Of a stretch of 64,000 nt of DNA, positions 12,195 through 24,447 are shown in pieces. The first letter of the stretch is position 1. Each line of letters begins with the position of its first letter. Location of the stretch: contig OX597837.1 of the NCBI GenBank assembly GCA_951406725.2, positions 28,334,001-28,398,000 on the forward strand. The letters run 5' to 3'. This stretch comes from Octopus vulgaris. Taxonomy: Eukaryota. The position numbers were made by a program, and so were the translations under genes. The notes under the pieces are model-generated. The model was given only the letters and a program-made list of their open reading frames with translations, ran no database searches and was not told the DNA's origin.

Positions 12195-12597
12195 TCGGTC
12201 CGGGCTGCGTGTTGTGTTCTTGAGCAAGACACTTTATTTCACGTTGCTCCAGTTCACTCAGCTGTAGAAATGAGTTGCGACGTCACTGGTGCCAAGCTGT
12301 ATCGGCCCCTTTGCCTTTCCCTTGGATAACACTGGTGGCGTGGAGAGGGGAGGTTGGTATGCATGGGCGACTGCTGGTCTTTCATAAAACAACCTTGGTG
12401 TGGATAGGAGAGGCTGGTATGCATGGGCGACTGCTGGTCTTTCATAAAACAACCTTGGTGTGGATAGGAGAGGCTGGTATGCATGGGCGACTGCTGGTCT
12501 TCCATAAACAACCTTGCCCGGACTTGTGTCTAGGAGGGTAACTTTCTAGGTGCAATCCCATGGTCATTCATGACCGAAGGGGGTCTTTACCCTTTAC
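12195..12597 (+). mobile_element. SINE family E (CORE-like domain), 5'-truncated, with an internal 60-bp triplication
   Basis: Homologous to 50998-51345; CORE-like CTTGAGCAAGACACTT...CTCAGCTGTAGAAATGAG. Confidence 0.8.
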
Positions 12598-12800
12598 GTC
12601 ACAATTTAATGTCTGAAATAGGATTAGGGTCATTTTTCGTATATATAAACTCTGTTAGCATTACAGGATGGCAAAAGAGTTTGATCTGTACGCGTAAATT
12701 GTTCGATGGCGCATAATTGGTGTTCAATAGATTTACACACAAAACATATATTTGCTCACGAACACACGCAAGCATATATTGGCCAAGTGGTTAGGGTACA

Positions 12801-13032
12801 TGGCGGCGAGCTGGCAGAATCGTTAGCACGTCGGGCGAAATGCTTTACGGTATTTCGGCTGCCGTTACGTTGTGAGTTCAAATCCCGCCGAGGTCGACTT
12901 TGCCTTTCATCCTTCCGGGGTCGATAAATTAAGTACCAGTTACGCACTGGGGTCGATGTAATAGACTTAATCCGTTTGTCTGTCCTTGCTTGTCCCCTCT
13001 GTGTTTAGCCCCTTGTGGGTAGTAAAGAAATA
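12801..13032 (+). mobile_element. SINE family C nested in the head of a family D SINE
   Basis: TSD GGTTAGGGTACA (12789-12800 / 13033-13044); the host SINE spans about 12780-13315. Confidence 0.88.
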
Positions 13033-13317
13033 GGTTAGGGTACACGGCTCACGGTCGTAAGGTCGAGATTTTGATTCCCGGAGGCGCGTTGTCCTTGGAA
13101 AAGACATTTTATTTCACGTTGCTCCAGTCCACTCAGCTGGCAAAAATGAGTCGTACCTGTATTTCAAAGGATCGGCCTTGTTATACTCTGTGTCACGCTG
13201 AATCTCCCCGAGAACCACATTAAGGGTAGGTACATGTGTCTGTAGAGTGCTCAGCCACTTGCACATAAATTTCACGTGTAGGCTGTTCCGTTGATGGGAT
13301 CAACTGGGACCCTCAAC

Positions 13318-13678
13318 TGGAGGCGCAATGGCCCAGTGGTTAGGGCAGCGGACTCGCGGTCATAGGATCGCGGTTTCGATTCCCAGACCGGGCGTTGTGA
13401 GTGTTTATTGAGCGAAAAACACCTAAAGCTCCACGGGCCTCCGGCAGGGATGGTGGTGATCCCTGCTGTACTCTTTCACCATAACTTTCTCTCACTCTTA
13501 CTTCCTGTTTCTGTTGTACCTGTATTTCAAAGGGCCGGCCTTGTCACTCTCTGTGTCACGCTGAATATCCCGAGAACTACGTTAAGGGTACACGTGTCTG
13601 TAGAGTGCTCAGCCACTTGCACATAAATTTCACGAGTGGGCTGTTCCGTTGTCGTCGTCCTAACTGACGGAGTGCCAC
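13318..13678 (+). mobile_element. tRNA-derived SINE, family A
   Basis: Same head and body as 1709-2099, with a slightly deleted tail. Confidence 0.9.
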
Positions 13679-14313
13679 AATGTGTGTGTGTGTGTACAGA
13701 GAGAGAGAGTTGTAATAATGAAGTCGAACCAAATAGTAAGGCTTTGAAATTATTTAACACGTAGAAAATTTTAAAAATGGATCCATTTCGTAAACCTTCC
13801 TCAGTTAAAGGAAATCAAAGTATTTTGAAGTGCCTTAACTCAGGAAGTTTTTCATAATGGATGCATTCAGTATTATATATTTCAAAATATCACTGTTTTG
13901 TTTAGTAGAGTGTAGAATATATGTGTGTTTAATGCGTATATGTGTGTATTGCGTTGAGTCCTCTATACATTGTTTCGTATTGGTGGGGATGGAGACGGGA
14001 TATATCCGGCTAATTGATGACATTCCTTTGAACACATACCTGGAACATGCACGTATGAATACATGTTAACATAAAACAAGCATGTCACTCACAACACCTG
14101 TTGCCTATCTTGCCAACTTCAATGGCTTTCTAAATTGGTCACGGTAAGAGCACAACCAGCTGGATAAAGGAACCTAGCAAATTTCTCAGAGTTACAAGAA
14201 ATTTCAACATCAATGGGAATGTAAACAAATTATATTTCCTCGGCGAGATGGACGCCGTGGCCCGAAATCTGTATTAATGTTGTGTTAGGCGCAGGTGTCG
14301 CTGTGTGATAAGA

Positions 14314-14885
14314 TGCTGGCAGAAACGTTAGCACATGGGCGAAATGCTTGGCGGTATTTCGTCTGCCGCTATGTTCTGAGTTCAAATTCCACCGAGGTTG
14401 ACTTTGCCTTTCATCCTTTCGGGGGTCGATTAAATAAGTACCAGTTACGCACTGGGGTTGATATAATCGACTTAATCCGTTTGTCTGTCATTGTTTGTCC
14501 CCTCTATGTTTAGCCCCTTGTGGGTAATAAAGAAATAGGTATTTCGTCTGCCGCTACATTCTGAGTTCAAATTCCGCCGAGGTCGACTTTGCCTTTCATC
14601 CTTTCGGGGTCGATAAATTAAGTACCAGTTACGCACTCGGGTCGATGTAATCGACTTAATACCTATGCCTGTCCTTGTTTGTCCCCTCTATGTTTAGCCC
14701 CTTGTGGGTAATAAAGAAATAGGTATTTCGTCTGCCCTTACGTTCTGAGTTCAAATTCTGCCGAGGTCGACTTTGCCTTTCATCCTTTCGGGAGTCGATT
14801 AAATAAGTACCAGTTACGCACTGGGGTCGATGTAATCAACTTAATCCCTTTGCCTGTCCTTGTTTGTGCTCTCTGTGTTTGGCCC
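14314..14885 (+). mobile_element. SINE family C tandem trimer
   Basis: One head followed by three bodies of about 184 bp joined at AAAGAAATAGG|TATTTCGTCTG. Confidence 0.9.
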
Positions 14886-15325
14886 GATTAAGGCTACTAT
14901 AAATCGGCACGAACTTTCCGCTTGAAAACCGATGGGGGGGGGGGATGCTTACGTCCCCGTAACTTAGCGGTTCGGCAAAAGAGGAACCGATAGAATAAGT
15001 ACTGGGCTTACAAAGAATAAGTCCTCGGGTCGATTTGCTCGATAGACTAAAGGCGGTGCTCCAGCATGGCCACAGTCACATGACTGAAACAAGTAAAAAA
15101 AAAAAAGTAAAAAAAAATAGCATATATGTATGTGTGTGTGTGTGTTAGGTGTGAATTACCGTTTGATGTATTCATGATCGTCCTGTTTGGTAATGATGAA
15201 GGTGAATATAAGCAAAGAGGGAAGACAACGACATTACAACAACGAGGTCAATTAGCAACGGAAGCGTTCACCGGCTTACGCTCGCGCGCGCGCACTCACA
15301 CACGCGCGCACTTGTACACACATAG

Positions 15326-15463
<138 letters not shown>

Positions 15464-15548
15464 TAATCCAAACAAGAAAACAAAAAGACAACAACGCGAG
15501 GACGTGGAACAAATAAAGTATTATTGGACGCTCAGGAAAGAAGGGAAG

Positions 15549-15638
<90 letters not shown>

Positions 15639-16097
15639 TAAGAAAAATCCAAAATATTTAGCAAGTGAATCTGGTAGTGATTATTAATAAGAAAAGGAAG
15701 AACATGTCTGAACATTAAAATCAAACAATTTCGCCATGACCACCACCACCACCGATTTCACCAAAATTTAAAAAAACATTGCTACCACCATCACCACCAC
15801 CACCACCACCACTGCAAGTACTATCACAGCAACATTAGCAACAGCAACAATAGCTGCAGTAATAAGAACAGCAACAACAGCAATTGTAATTATTATAATT
15901 ATCATTATTATTATTATTATTATTATTATCATTATTATTATTATTATTATTATTATCATTATTATTATTATTATTGCCAAATCGCGGTTAAAAATAATTA
16001 GCGTTTTTTTTTATATAAAAAATTTAAAAAAAAAAAAAAGAAAATGGCCACACCGAAAGAAAAAATTGTCCACCATTTATAACACTATTATTTGTAT

Positions 16098-16663
16098 TTG
16101 GGTTGTTCGGAAAGTTCGTACCGATTTTTAAAGGAAAGAAGAAGGTCAATAAGTACTTGCCATTACATTATTAATCAACCAAATATGAACCATTTTGTTG
16201 CACAATGCGTCTCCATCTTTCCTTTAATTTGAAACTACCCTCTTCCCAGAATTGAGGTGGTTTCATGGCAAATAATTCATCAAGGTATCTTTTTACGTCA
16301 TCCAAAGAATTGAAATTTTTACCATTAAGACTATTCTGCAGAGACCTGAATAAGTGGAAATCCGAAGGAGCAATATCTGGTGAATATGGAGGGTGGGGTA
16401 ACACATCCCAGCCGAGCCGCAGCAATTTTTGTCTGGTTCCCAAAGCATCAAGTGCCGAAAATGAACTTTCTTATCTTCCATTTTAAAGGGTTACAGAATT
16501 AACACAGGTTATAGGAACATAAACCTTCTTCCACGAAAAGATAGCTTAAACTGTGCTCAAAATGGAGACGTAGTCAAATCCTATTTTATGGACTCAACCA
16601 TGTTCAAAAATAAGTCGAAAGGTAAGCTACTATAAATCGGCACGAACTTTCCGGACAACCCAA
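16098..16663 (-). mobile_element. Internally deleted mariner transposon
   Basis: About 30-bp TIRs (TTGGGTTGT(T/C)CGGAAAGTTCGT(A/G)CCGATTT). N-terminal MEDKKVHFRHLMLWE is fused out of frame to the C-terminal LGWDVLPHPPYSPDIAPSDFHLFRSL...NGSYLVD (mariner YSPDLAPSD motif). Confidence 0.92.
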
Positions 16664-16861
16664 TAAATAAATGTTATAATAAAGTTGCGATGTCTGGTAG
16701 CGGTAACAGTTTGCGTGGTAGTAGTGTCGGTGATGAAACACATGCAATAACAATAGTTAATGTTTTGTAGTTTCTATGGTTGAGGGCTTCAACTAAACAC
16801 CGATATAACGACCGTCTTTCATATTAGATATGTAGGGGTCCTGCTTTGCCTGAGGGGCACT

Positions 16862-16892
<31 letters not shown>

Positions 16893-17711
16893 ATGACGTG
16901 GGCGCGGGCATAAAAAAGGTAACATTGTGGGACAGGAAATGAAAGAGTTTCTAGTGGTTTCATTAATGTTTGTACTCGTGTTAACAGTTATCGATAAATC
17001 TGTTCTCATGTTATCAACGCTTCCTTCATCACTGGTCCGGGACAACGCAGTAACAATACCTCCAATTGTGAACCACGTTACGCTTATCACGGATTGATCT
17101 GTGATGAGCGATAGGATAAGGTCACTTGGGTAACGAATGACCATGCTTCTTTTCACTTTTAAGAATGCTTGTTGTTCTTGTTCGTGTTTCAACCATGGCT
17201 GCCTCTACGGAGTTATTTGTGTTGTTGTTTACTTTGTAAAACAGCAAGGGGAGAGGGTTGCTAGCACATCACCCTCTACCCACATCTTTACCATATGGGG
17301 TCCTAACAAAATCCTATAATAGGTATAGATGCCGATCTATGTAATTACTTTGTTTCCTTTTAAAATCAGACATAATTTGGCGATCGGTCGACTTGCAACA
17401 TCGTTGTTCGTCTTGAGTTTAATTGGTAAAGTGTGTTTGTTAACTTGACAACAACAAGATCAAAATGAGCTCTGATTGGCTGTACGCAAATGAGTTCATT
17501 ACTGGGGTCCGGAACTCGGGTGGGAAAAAAAAAATTCACATCCGGGGCGAAGCAGTAATTCATTTCTTGAATGGTCTTCACTTAATGTCCGTCACATCGC
17601 CGTCACAAGGAGATATCTTGTCCGCCATAGCTTCGGGGGGGAATTGTCGCTGACTCGTTCCACTATGCTGTAACTAAACACATCAATACGTTGGATTTAG
17701 CAAACTGCCCC

Positions 17712-17780
<69 letters not shown>

Positions 17781-18066
17781 ATATGTGTGTGTGTGTGTGT
17801 TACGTATATATGTGTATATTAATGTGTACAATAACGTAACAAGCGTTATTTTCTTAAGGACTCGAGAGACCTGAAACTATGGTGAAATTCTTATATATTT
17901 CTACAATCGCATACTTTGTGATTTTATTGACACAGAAAGAGCGCGATTCTACAGTGTACGTGTGTGTGTGTGCAATAGATTATACAGTACAGGTGTTTGA
18001 ATATCCTAACAAACGCTGATTGGACAGAATAGAACAAGAGGATTATACTATTTGGTAATAATTTTT

Positions 18067-18417
18067 TTTACTACCCACAAGGGGCTAAACATAGAGGGGA
18101 CAAACAAGGACAGACAGAGGGATTAAGTCGATTATATCGACCCCAGTGCGTAACTGATACTTTATTTATCGACCCCGAAAGGATGAAAGGCAAAGTCAAG
18201 CTGGCAGAGACGTTAGCACGCCGGGTGAAATGCTAAGCGGTATTTCGTCTGTCGTTACGTTCTGAGTTCAAATTCCGCCGAGGTCGACTTTGCCTTTCAT
18301 CCTTTCGGGGTCGATAAATAAAGTACCAGTTACGCACTCGGGTCGATGTAATCGACTTAATCCCTTTGTCTGTCCTTGTTTGTCTCCTCTGTGTTTAGCC
18401 CCTTGTGGGTAGTAAAG

Positions 18418-18421
<4 letters not shown>
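18067..18421. mobile_element. Two adjacent family C SINEs in inverted orientation
   Basis: 18067-18198 on minus and 18199-18421 on plus. Confidence 0.88.
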
Positions 18422-18471
<50 letters not shown>

Positions 18472-18599
18472 TCCGAATTCGTGTGAATGCGTATAGAATA
18501 ATATATCAGTTGAATTAAGTTAAAACATGGTCTGACTGATTTTCACGTTTTTATTATTATATTTTAACGTTAAAAACTATTTTGTAATGTTCATAAAGT

Positions 18600-18642
18600 T
18601 CAATTAGCGCTTTCACGCATTTGGTAGTAATCATCAGATTGA
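18600..18642 (-). ncRNA. Minimal type-I hammerhead ribozyme-like motif in the PLE 3' terminus
   Basis: Minus strand reads TCAAT-CTGATGA-TT-AC(10 nt)GT-GAAA-GCGC-TA-ATTGA: 5-bp stem I, intact core, palindromic stem III; about 200 nt downstream of the GIY-YIG stop. Confidence 0.65.
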
Positions 18643-18837
18643 TTTCAAATGTATTTAACTGACAGTTGAGTTCTTGATAACTGTAGGACTTCTTAGAACG
18701 CTCGAACAAGCCGAATTTTATGGAATACGGATTTGACCACTCTGCATGCTTCTTAAACGTCACGGTTTGCCAGGCGTACCGATATTCTGTAATTTGTTTA
18801 TATTCATATGTTAAAGATACTTTTTTAATCCACATCA

Positions 18838-19230
18838 TTAACTGGTTGTTATATTATTGTTGTTATTTCCGTTCAGAACAGGTCTGAACATTTTAATAAA
18901 CCGTTTTCCTTTTATCTTGCTTCCACCTTCACTTGTGTCATGTAGTTTGTAGAAAGGAAAAATTAGAAAGGTTTTCTGACCACATGTTTCGTTCAATGGA
19001 ATTTGGCGAACATTGGTGATCCGGATTTGTTGTCTGTGGACGAGTGAGCGTTTCGATAATGCATTACCTGTCTCAACTATATATATTTCCTCGCAATTCG
19101 AGCATTCAATGCAGAAGGTCAAATTTCTGCTTTTGCAGTTCATTTCTGCATTTGCGAAAATCTGTCCATTTTTTTGTTCTAATGGATCTACCAGTATGTT
19201 TGTACTGACACGTTCCACATCTGTTATCAT
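18838..19230 (-). mobile_element. Penelope-like retroelement relic, GIY-YIG endonuclease region
   Basis: MNCKSRNLTFCIECSNCEEIYIVETGNALSKRSLVHRQQIR...FIKMFRPVLN is a degenerate C.S.N.IY.I.C..C...YIG.T...L..R..H...P.LN motif of PLE endonucleases. Confidence 0.85.
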
Positions 19231-21392
19231 TACACTTGTATACTGTGAATGTCTTATCTTCTTTGTTCATGTTGAATTTTGCCTTTGTTAATAGTTGCCT
19301 TTTGCTTAAGATAAATGTTTGATTAGTTATATTTTTTTTAATTTTTCACTTTGTTTTATGACTGGGAAAATTTCTTTTGGTGATGTTAAAAACGTTTTGG
19401 TGATGCGGATTGTGCCATTTAAGAAACTCTCTGCGCTTTTTTCATATCTACCTTCTGCCGGTCGAAATTAAAAATCCATAGATTTTGTTATATTTTGAGT
19501 TGTATTTACCGTGTTTGTACTACCAAGCCTATATAAACGTGTATACATACATACACGTACAAGAATTCCAAAACTTGAAAAACAAATTCAAATAAAAGTA
19601 AAATATAATTGCATAGTGTGTAGTTTGAAAATCACATCTCGGGAATTTTAGCTTGTTTAGCATAAAAACTGGATTATGCCACATGATATTTCATGGTCGA
19701 TTTTTACGTTTGCAAATATTTGAGCAGACTCACTACTGGATTTTGTCAATAAAGAAACGTTTATGATGAGCCTCGTTTTAAATATGTGAACTAATGAACG
19801 TAGTCTCATTTCAAGAAAAGTGAGGCAGCAAGTTTACTAATATTAATGATTAAATTTCATAGAATATTTGGCTGGTGATTCATTTTATGACATACTCGCT
19901 TTAGACATGTTTCGTATCTCTTAATATACTTTTCATACCTATATCGTTTTACATAACTTTATCTTTCTCCTCTAAAAGTATATCTTTTATATACACACAC
20001 ATAAATTCTTTATTTTTGCTTTTTTTTTTATTATTCTTTACATTCTCGCAGCATATACTCACGTTTTTGATACCTTTCCATATCTCTCCTTCCACATTTT
20101 TATATTATCAAAACAATATCTAACTTTTAACTTACTAGGAAAAGGCAAATTCCTTGTACTATCTTTTAATATAATCTTTCTGTTCCCTTTTGTCCAATCA
20201 GATCTTGATAAGATATTCAAATATCACCACTACTTATTTATTTAAAGCCAGTTTTATGTTTCATTTTTCATAATCGTTCGGAGATTGTGGCGAGAAACCT
20301 AGAAACATAAAATAACAACTTGTGTATTTCCGACCTTTCTCTCTCTCTCCCCCCTCTCTCTCTCCTATTTGCGTGCGCGCGTGTGAGTGTGTGTGCGTGT
20401 GTGTATGCTGACAGAGAGACGGAATTAGAAAGAGATGAGGAACGATGCACACACACACACACACACACACACAGAAGGTCGCTGCAGAATCGCATGATGT
20501 CGGGTCCCCCACCCGTTGTGTGCTACCTTGGGTGCTTTCTAAGGTCTCGAGTCCCCCTAATATAGTGAGCAATATGAATGTAGGACACAAAAGTTGCTTA
20601 TCGTACGTGTGTATGTGTGTCCATATAGTATAGTGTGTAGTTAGTAGCAAAAAGTAAAAGTCTGTCCCAGATAATTTGGATTCCATACATTACGTCATGA
20701 AATACTATTTGTTCTTTTAATGTCAGTTTATTCTCGAAGAATCCGCCCCCCAAACCAGTTTAGCTTCAGTCTTCGTGGTTTTAAATTGATGATTTCTGAA
20801 GCAGTTGAATTAAATTATCTGGATATGGAAGAAAGTTGATCACAAAATACGAAACTTTTACTCTTTCGTTACTAACAACATACTGTTATAATAAAATGAA
20901 TATCAACATGTATCCGATGTTAACCTGTCGACAATATAACTGTGTCTGTGTCTGTGTGTGTGTGTGTGTGTTTTACTGAAATGTGACAATGATTGAGACG
21001 TAGCTCTATCTTGTAACAAAAGAGCCCACATCCCACCTACAATACTCAGTAAAACAATAAACAATTAAGTAATGATAATTGGGCTGTTTAAGGGTTTAAT
21101 TAATCGAAAAAAAAAAGAATGGGGGAGGACAAAATATCAAATATCAAAACAAACAAACAAATAATAAAATTTAAGAAAATAACAACAAAGACAAAAAAAT
21201 AACGAATTACAAAATATTTCAAAACTTAATTCTATCAGTTAGTTCGAGAATTGATTTGTTGGAAGGGATTTACACGTGACGAAGGAGATTTGCTCAAGTG
21301 GGGAAGGACAGTTTGGTTAAAAGAAAGGGGGTGAAGGAAGTTGGGGATTTTTGGCATTTTTGATAGACTTCAATGAAACAGATAGCTCATAC

Positions 21393-21444
21393 CTGTTGTT
21401 GTTGTGGTTTCGCTGGAGGGGGGTTCCTGCTTTCGATATTCGGT
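21393..21444 (-). CDS. Coding exon of the PDZ gene (Pro/Gln linker)
   Basis: Strong acceptor CTCGTCTTTTCTTCCAG| and donor |GTATGAG; 52 nt, phase 2 in and 0 out. Encodes (R)PNIESRNPPPAKPQQQQ and joins the PDZ exon in frame to the 9719-10021 exon. Confidence 0.85.
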
Positions 21445-21496
21445 CTGGAAGAAAAGACGAGACATAATTGCAAACAGTTTTCATACACACACGCAC

Positions 21497-21601
<105 letters not shown>

Positions 21602-21863
21602 ATGATAATAATATGAGGGAATATTATTCCAAACTTACAGGAAAAAATTCAATTTAGAAGTACTAAATCAGATTTCACAAAATATAACATATATATAAAT
21701 AAGAAAAAAGCCCCACCTTTTATCAATTCAACAATGAAAAATTAAATTATACCATTTAGAAAAATTACATATTATATAAAGATTAAATATAAGATAAAAC
21801 ATTGTTATATGATTTATCTTATATTTTTCATTATTGAAATGATAACAGGTGGGGTTTTTTTAA

Positions 21864-21897
<34 letters not shown>

Positions 21898-22372
21898 CAT
21901 ATAAAGCATAGTTTAAATTCGATTATCATTTGTATTATTATCAATTGAAAGAGCAATGAATGCCATCAAAGTGACACTGGGGTACGAAGTCCAATATACC
22001 CATCAGGACTACCCGTCTGATAAGTGTATACCAGGCACACGCATCACAGTTATATGTGCGCGACATGGTCGATAAAATGAGTACCAGTTTAACACTGGGG
22101 TCGATCAAATCAACTTGACCCCCTCCCCAAAACTGCTGGCCATGTGACAAAATCTGAAACCATTATTATTATTGTTGTTGTTGTTGTTGTTGTTATTATT
22201 AAGGCGGTGAGATAGCAGAATCGTTAGTATGCCGGACGAAATGCTAAGTTCAAATTCCTCCGAGGCCGACAGTGAAACACCGAGGTTGATATAATTGATT
22301 TATCCCCTCCTCACAAATGTGAGGCCTTGTACTTCCAGTAAAAATTATAATTATTATTACTATTATTATTAT

Positions 22373-22409
<37 letters not shown>

Positions 22410-22512
22410 GTTATTATTACTACTACTACTACTATTATTATTATTAATATTATTATTTATTATTATTATTAGACAATACGAAGAGTCCTTTTAAAATATT
22501 TTTATTACCATC

Positions 22513-22544
<32 letters not shown>

Positions 22545-22849
22545 TGAGTGGGAGAGCAGTGTATGCCAACAAAGTGACCCTGAATAAGGGTTGTTTAAGG
22601 ACGTTGAACGAAACACCCATGTTTCCGAAGGTAAATTATTTAAACTCTAAAGAATTCCTCTCAACAGATGGCTATGATGCTCCCCCACTACTCCTGCTCG
22701 TGATCAGAGATGCACATATTGTCAGCCCCCAAAGGGCATGCTCAAGTGGTTACGGTCAAGCAACTGACAAGCAAATTTGTGGTAATGAGCAGAATAGTTG
22801 CTGTAGCCCATCTTTTATACCATTATTATTATTATTATTCTATGTTTGA

Positions 22850-22999
22850 CTTTTGCTTTATGTCTGTACAAGTTGGCTCCAAGTCTCACCCAGAGACCTC
22901 AAGAGACAACAGGTTGGAAGTTCTGTGCCATATATTTGTTGTTTTTTTTTTTTTTTTGGTGTTGTACTAGTGAATGTCTAATACATAAAAATAAAATTT

Positions 23000-23033
<34 letters not shown>

Positions 23034-23212
23034 AAATAAAAAAAAAAGTTTGTTTTAAACCTTGGGATTACATAGAGAGTATTTTGCGTAGGATATGAGC
23101 AGTTCCCATGAGCACTATCTTTTGAATTTCTGCTATTTTGGGGTTTCCTGGTATCTGAGTTAGGTAGCAATCAGTCCCTTTCGCTATCATTCCCAGGGAA
23201 CCTATGACAATT
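22850..23212 (-). mobile_element. 5'-truncated R4/Dong-like (restriction-like endonuclease) LINE 3' end
   Basis: Encodes IVIGSLGMIAKGTDCYLTQIPGNPKIAEIQKIVLMGTAHILRKILSM* (stop at 23068-23070); flanked by (TAT)n on both sides. Confidence 0.75.
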
Positions 23213-23752
23213 ATTATTATTATTAATGCGGCGAGCTGGCAGAATTGTTAACGCGCTGGGCGAAATGCTTAGCGATTATTTTGCCCATCGCTAACATTCT
23301 GAGTTCAAATTCCACCGCGGTTGACTTTGCCTTTCATCCTTTCGGAATCGATATATTAAATACCAGTGAAGCACTGGGATCGCTGTTGCGGTAATTCGTC
23401 CGTCTTTACGTTCTGAGTTCAAATTCCGCCGCGGTTGATTTTTAATTCCCTGTTCCTCCTATCTACTCTTCTCTCTGCTTTCAAATCCTCTCTGTTTCCA
23501 ACTCCAACCATCGTTTGTAGCCCATCTGCATGGTCCCTTAGACTCTCACTAATCCGAGATATTTCTACTCCGGTTAAGTAACCCTTCCTCCTAATCACTC
23601 TCACTTGGTTCGTTACTCTTTTACTCTTTTACTTGTTTCAGTCATTTGACTGCGGCCATGCTGGAGCACCGCCTTTAGTCGAGCAAATCGACCCCGGGAC
23701 TTATTCATTTGTAAGCCCAGTACTTATTCTATCGGTCTCTTTTGCTGAACCG

Positions 23753-23808
<56 letters not shown>

Positions 23809-24102
23809 CGTGCTTGCATTGTGTCGTTTCCATAATCACAGTCATTATCATTACCACCATCGTTCTACCTATAGCATTTAAAATTATCAATAATAATATG
23901 GGTCCCGGTATCTTGCAGCAGATCTTCGTCGCTATCTATCAAATATTCGGCAATACCTCGACTCCAGTACTTATTTCATCGACCCCGAAAGGATAAAAGG
24001 CAAATCTGACCACGGTGGAATTTGAACTCAGAATGTAAAGACAGACGAAATACCACTAAGCAGTTCGACCGGCGCGCTAACGTTTCTACCAGCTTGTCGT
24101 CT

Positions 24103-24184
<82 letters not shown>

Positions 24185-24185
<1 letters not shown>

Positions 24186-24447
24186 ATTTCAAAAAGTTCA
24201 AAAGATAGTGCTCATGTGAACTGCTCATATCCTACGTAAAATACTGACTATGTAATCAAAAATTTTTTAATAAATTCATAATTTTCTTATGTTTTCTTGA
24301 ACATTCTTTAGAACAATACTATGTGCAAAACCAAATATATGACACCCTAGGCATAACACCAGCATGAACTTCTAACTTGTTGTCTCTTGAGGTCTCTGGA
24401 TAAGACTTGGAGTCAACTTGTACAAATACAAAGCAAAAGTCAAACAT
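24185..24447 (+). mobile_element. Second R4/Dong-like LINE 3' end
   Basis: Homologous to 22850-23130 in the opposite orientation (VQKIVLM*TAHILRKILTM*). Confidence 0.7.

Noticed and set aside
14314-14885. Regularly spaced repeats resembling a CRISPR array or a hammerhead retrozyme
   Set aside because: Whole units are repeated with no unique spacers, the context is eukaryotic, and the unit has no CUGANGA/GAAA core on either strand.
16824-17192. 122-aa minus-strand ORF (likewise 4401..4898 and 6192..6626)
   Set aside because: No recognisable domain and no convincing splice sites in phase with the gene model.
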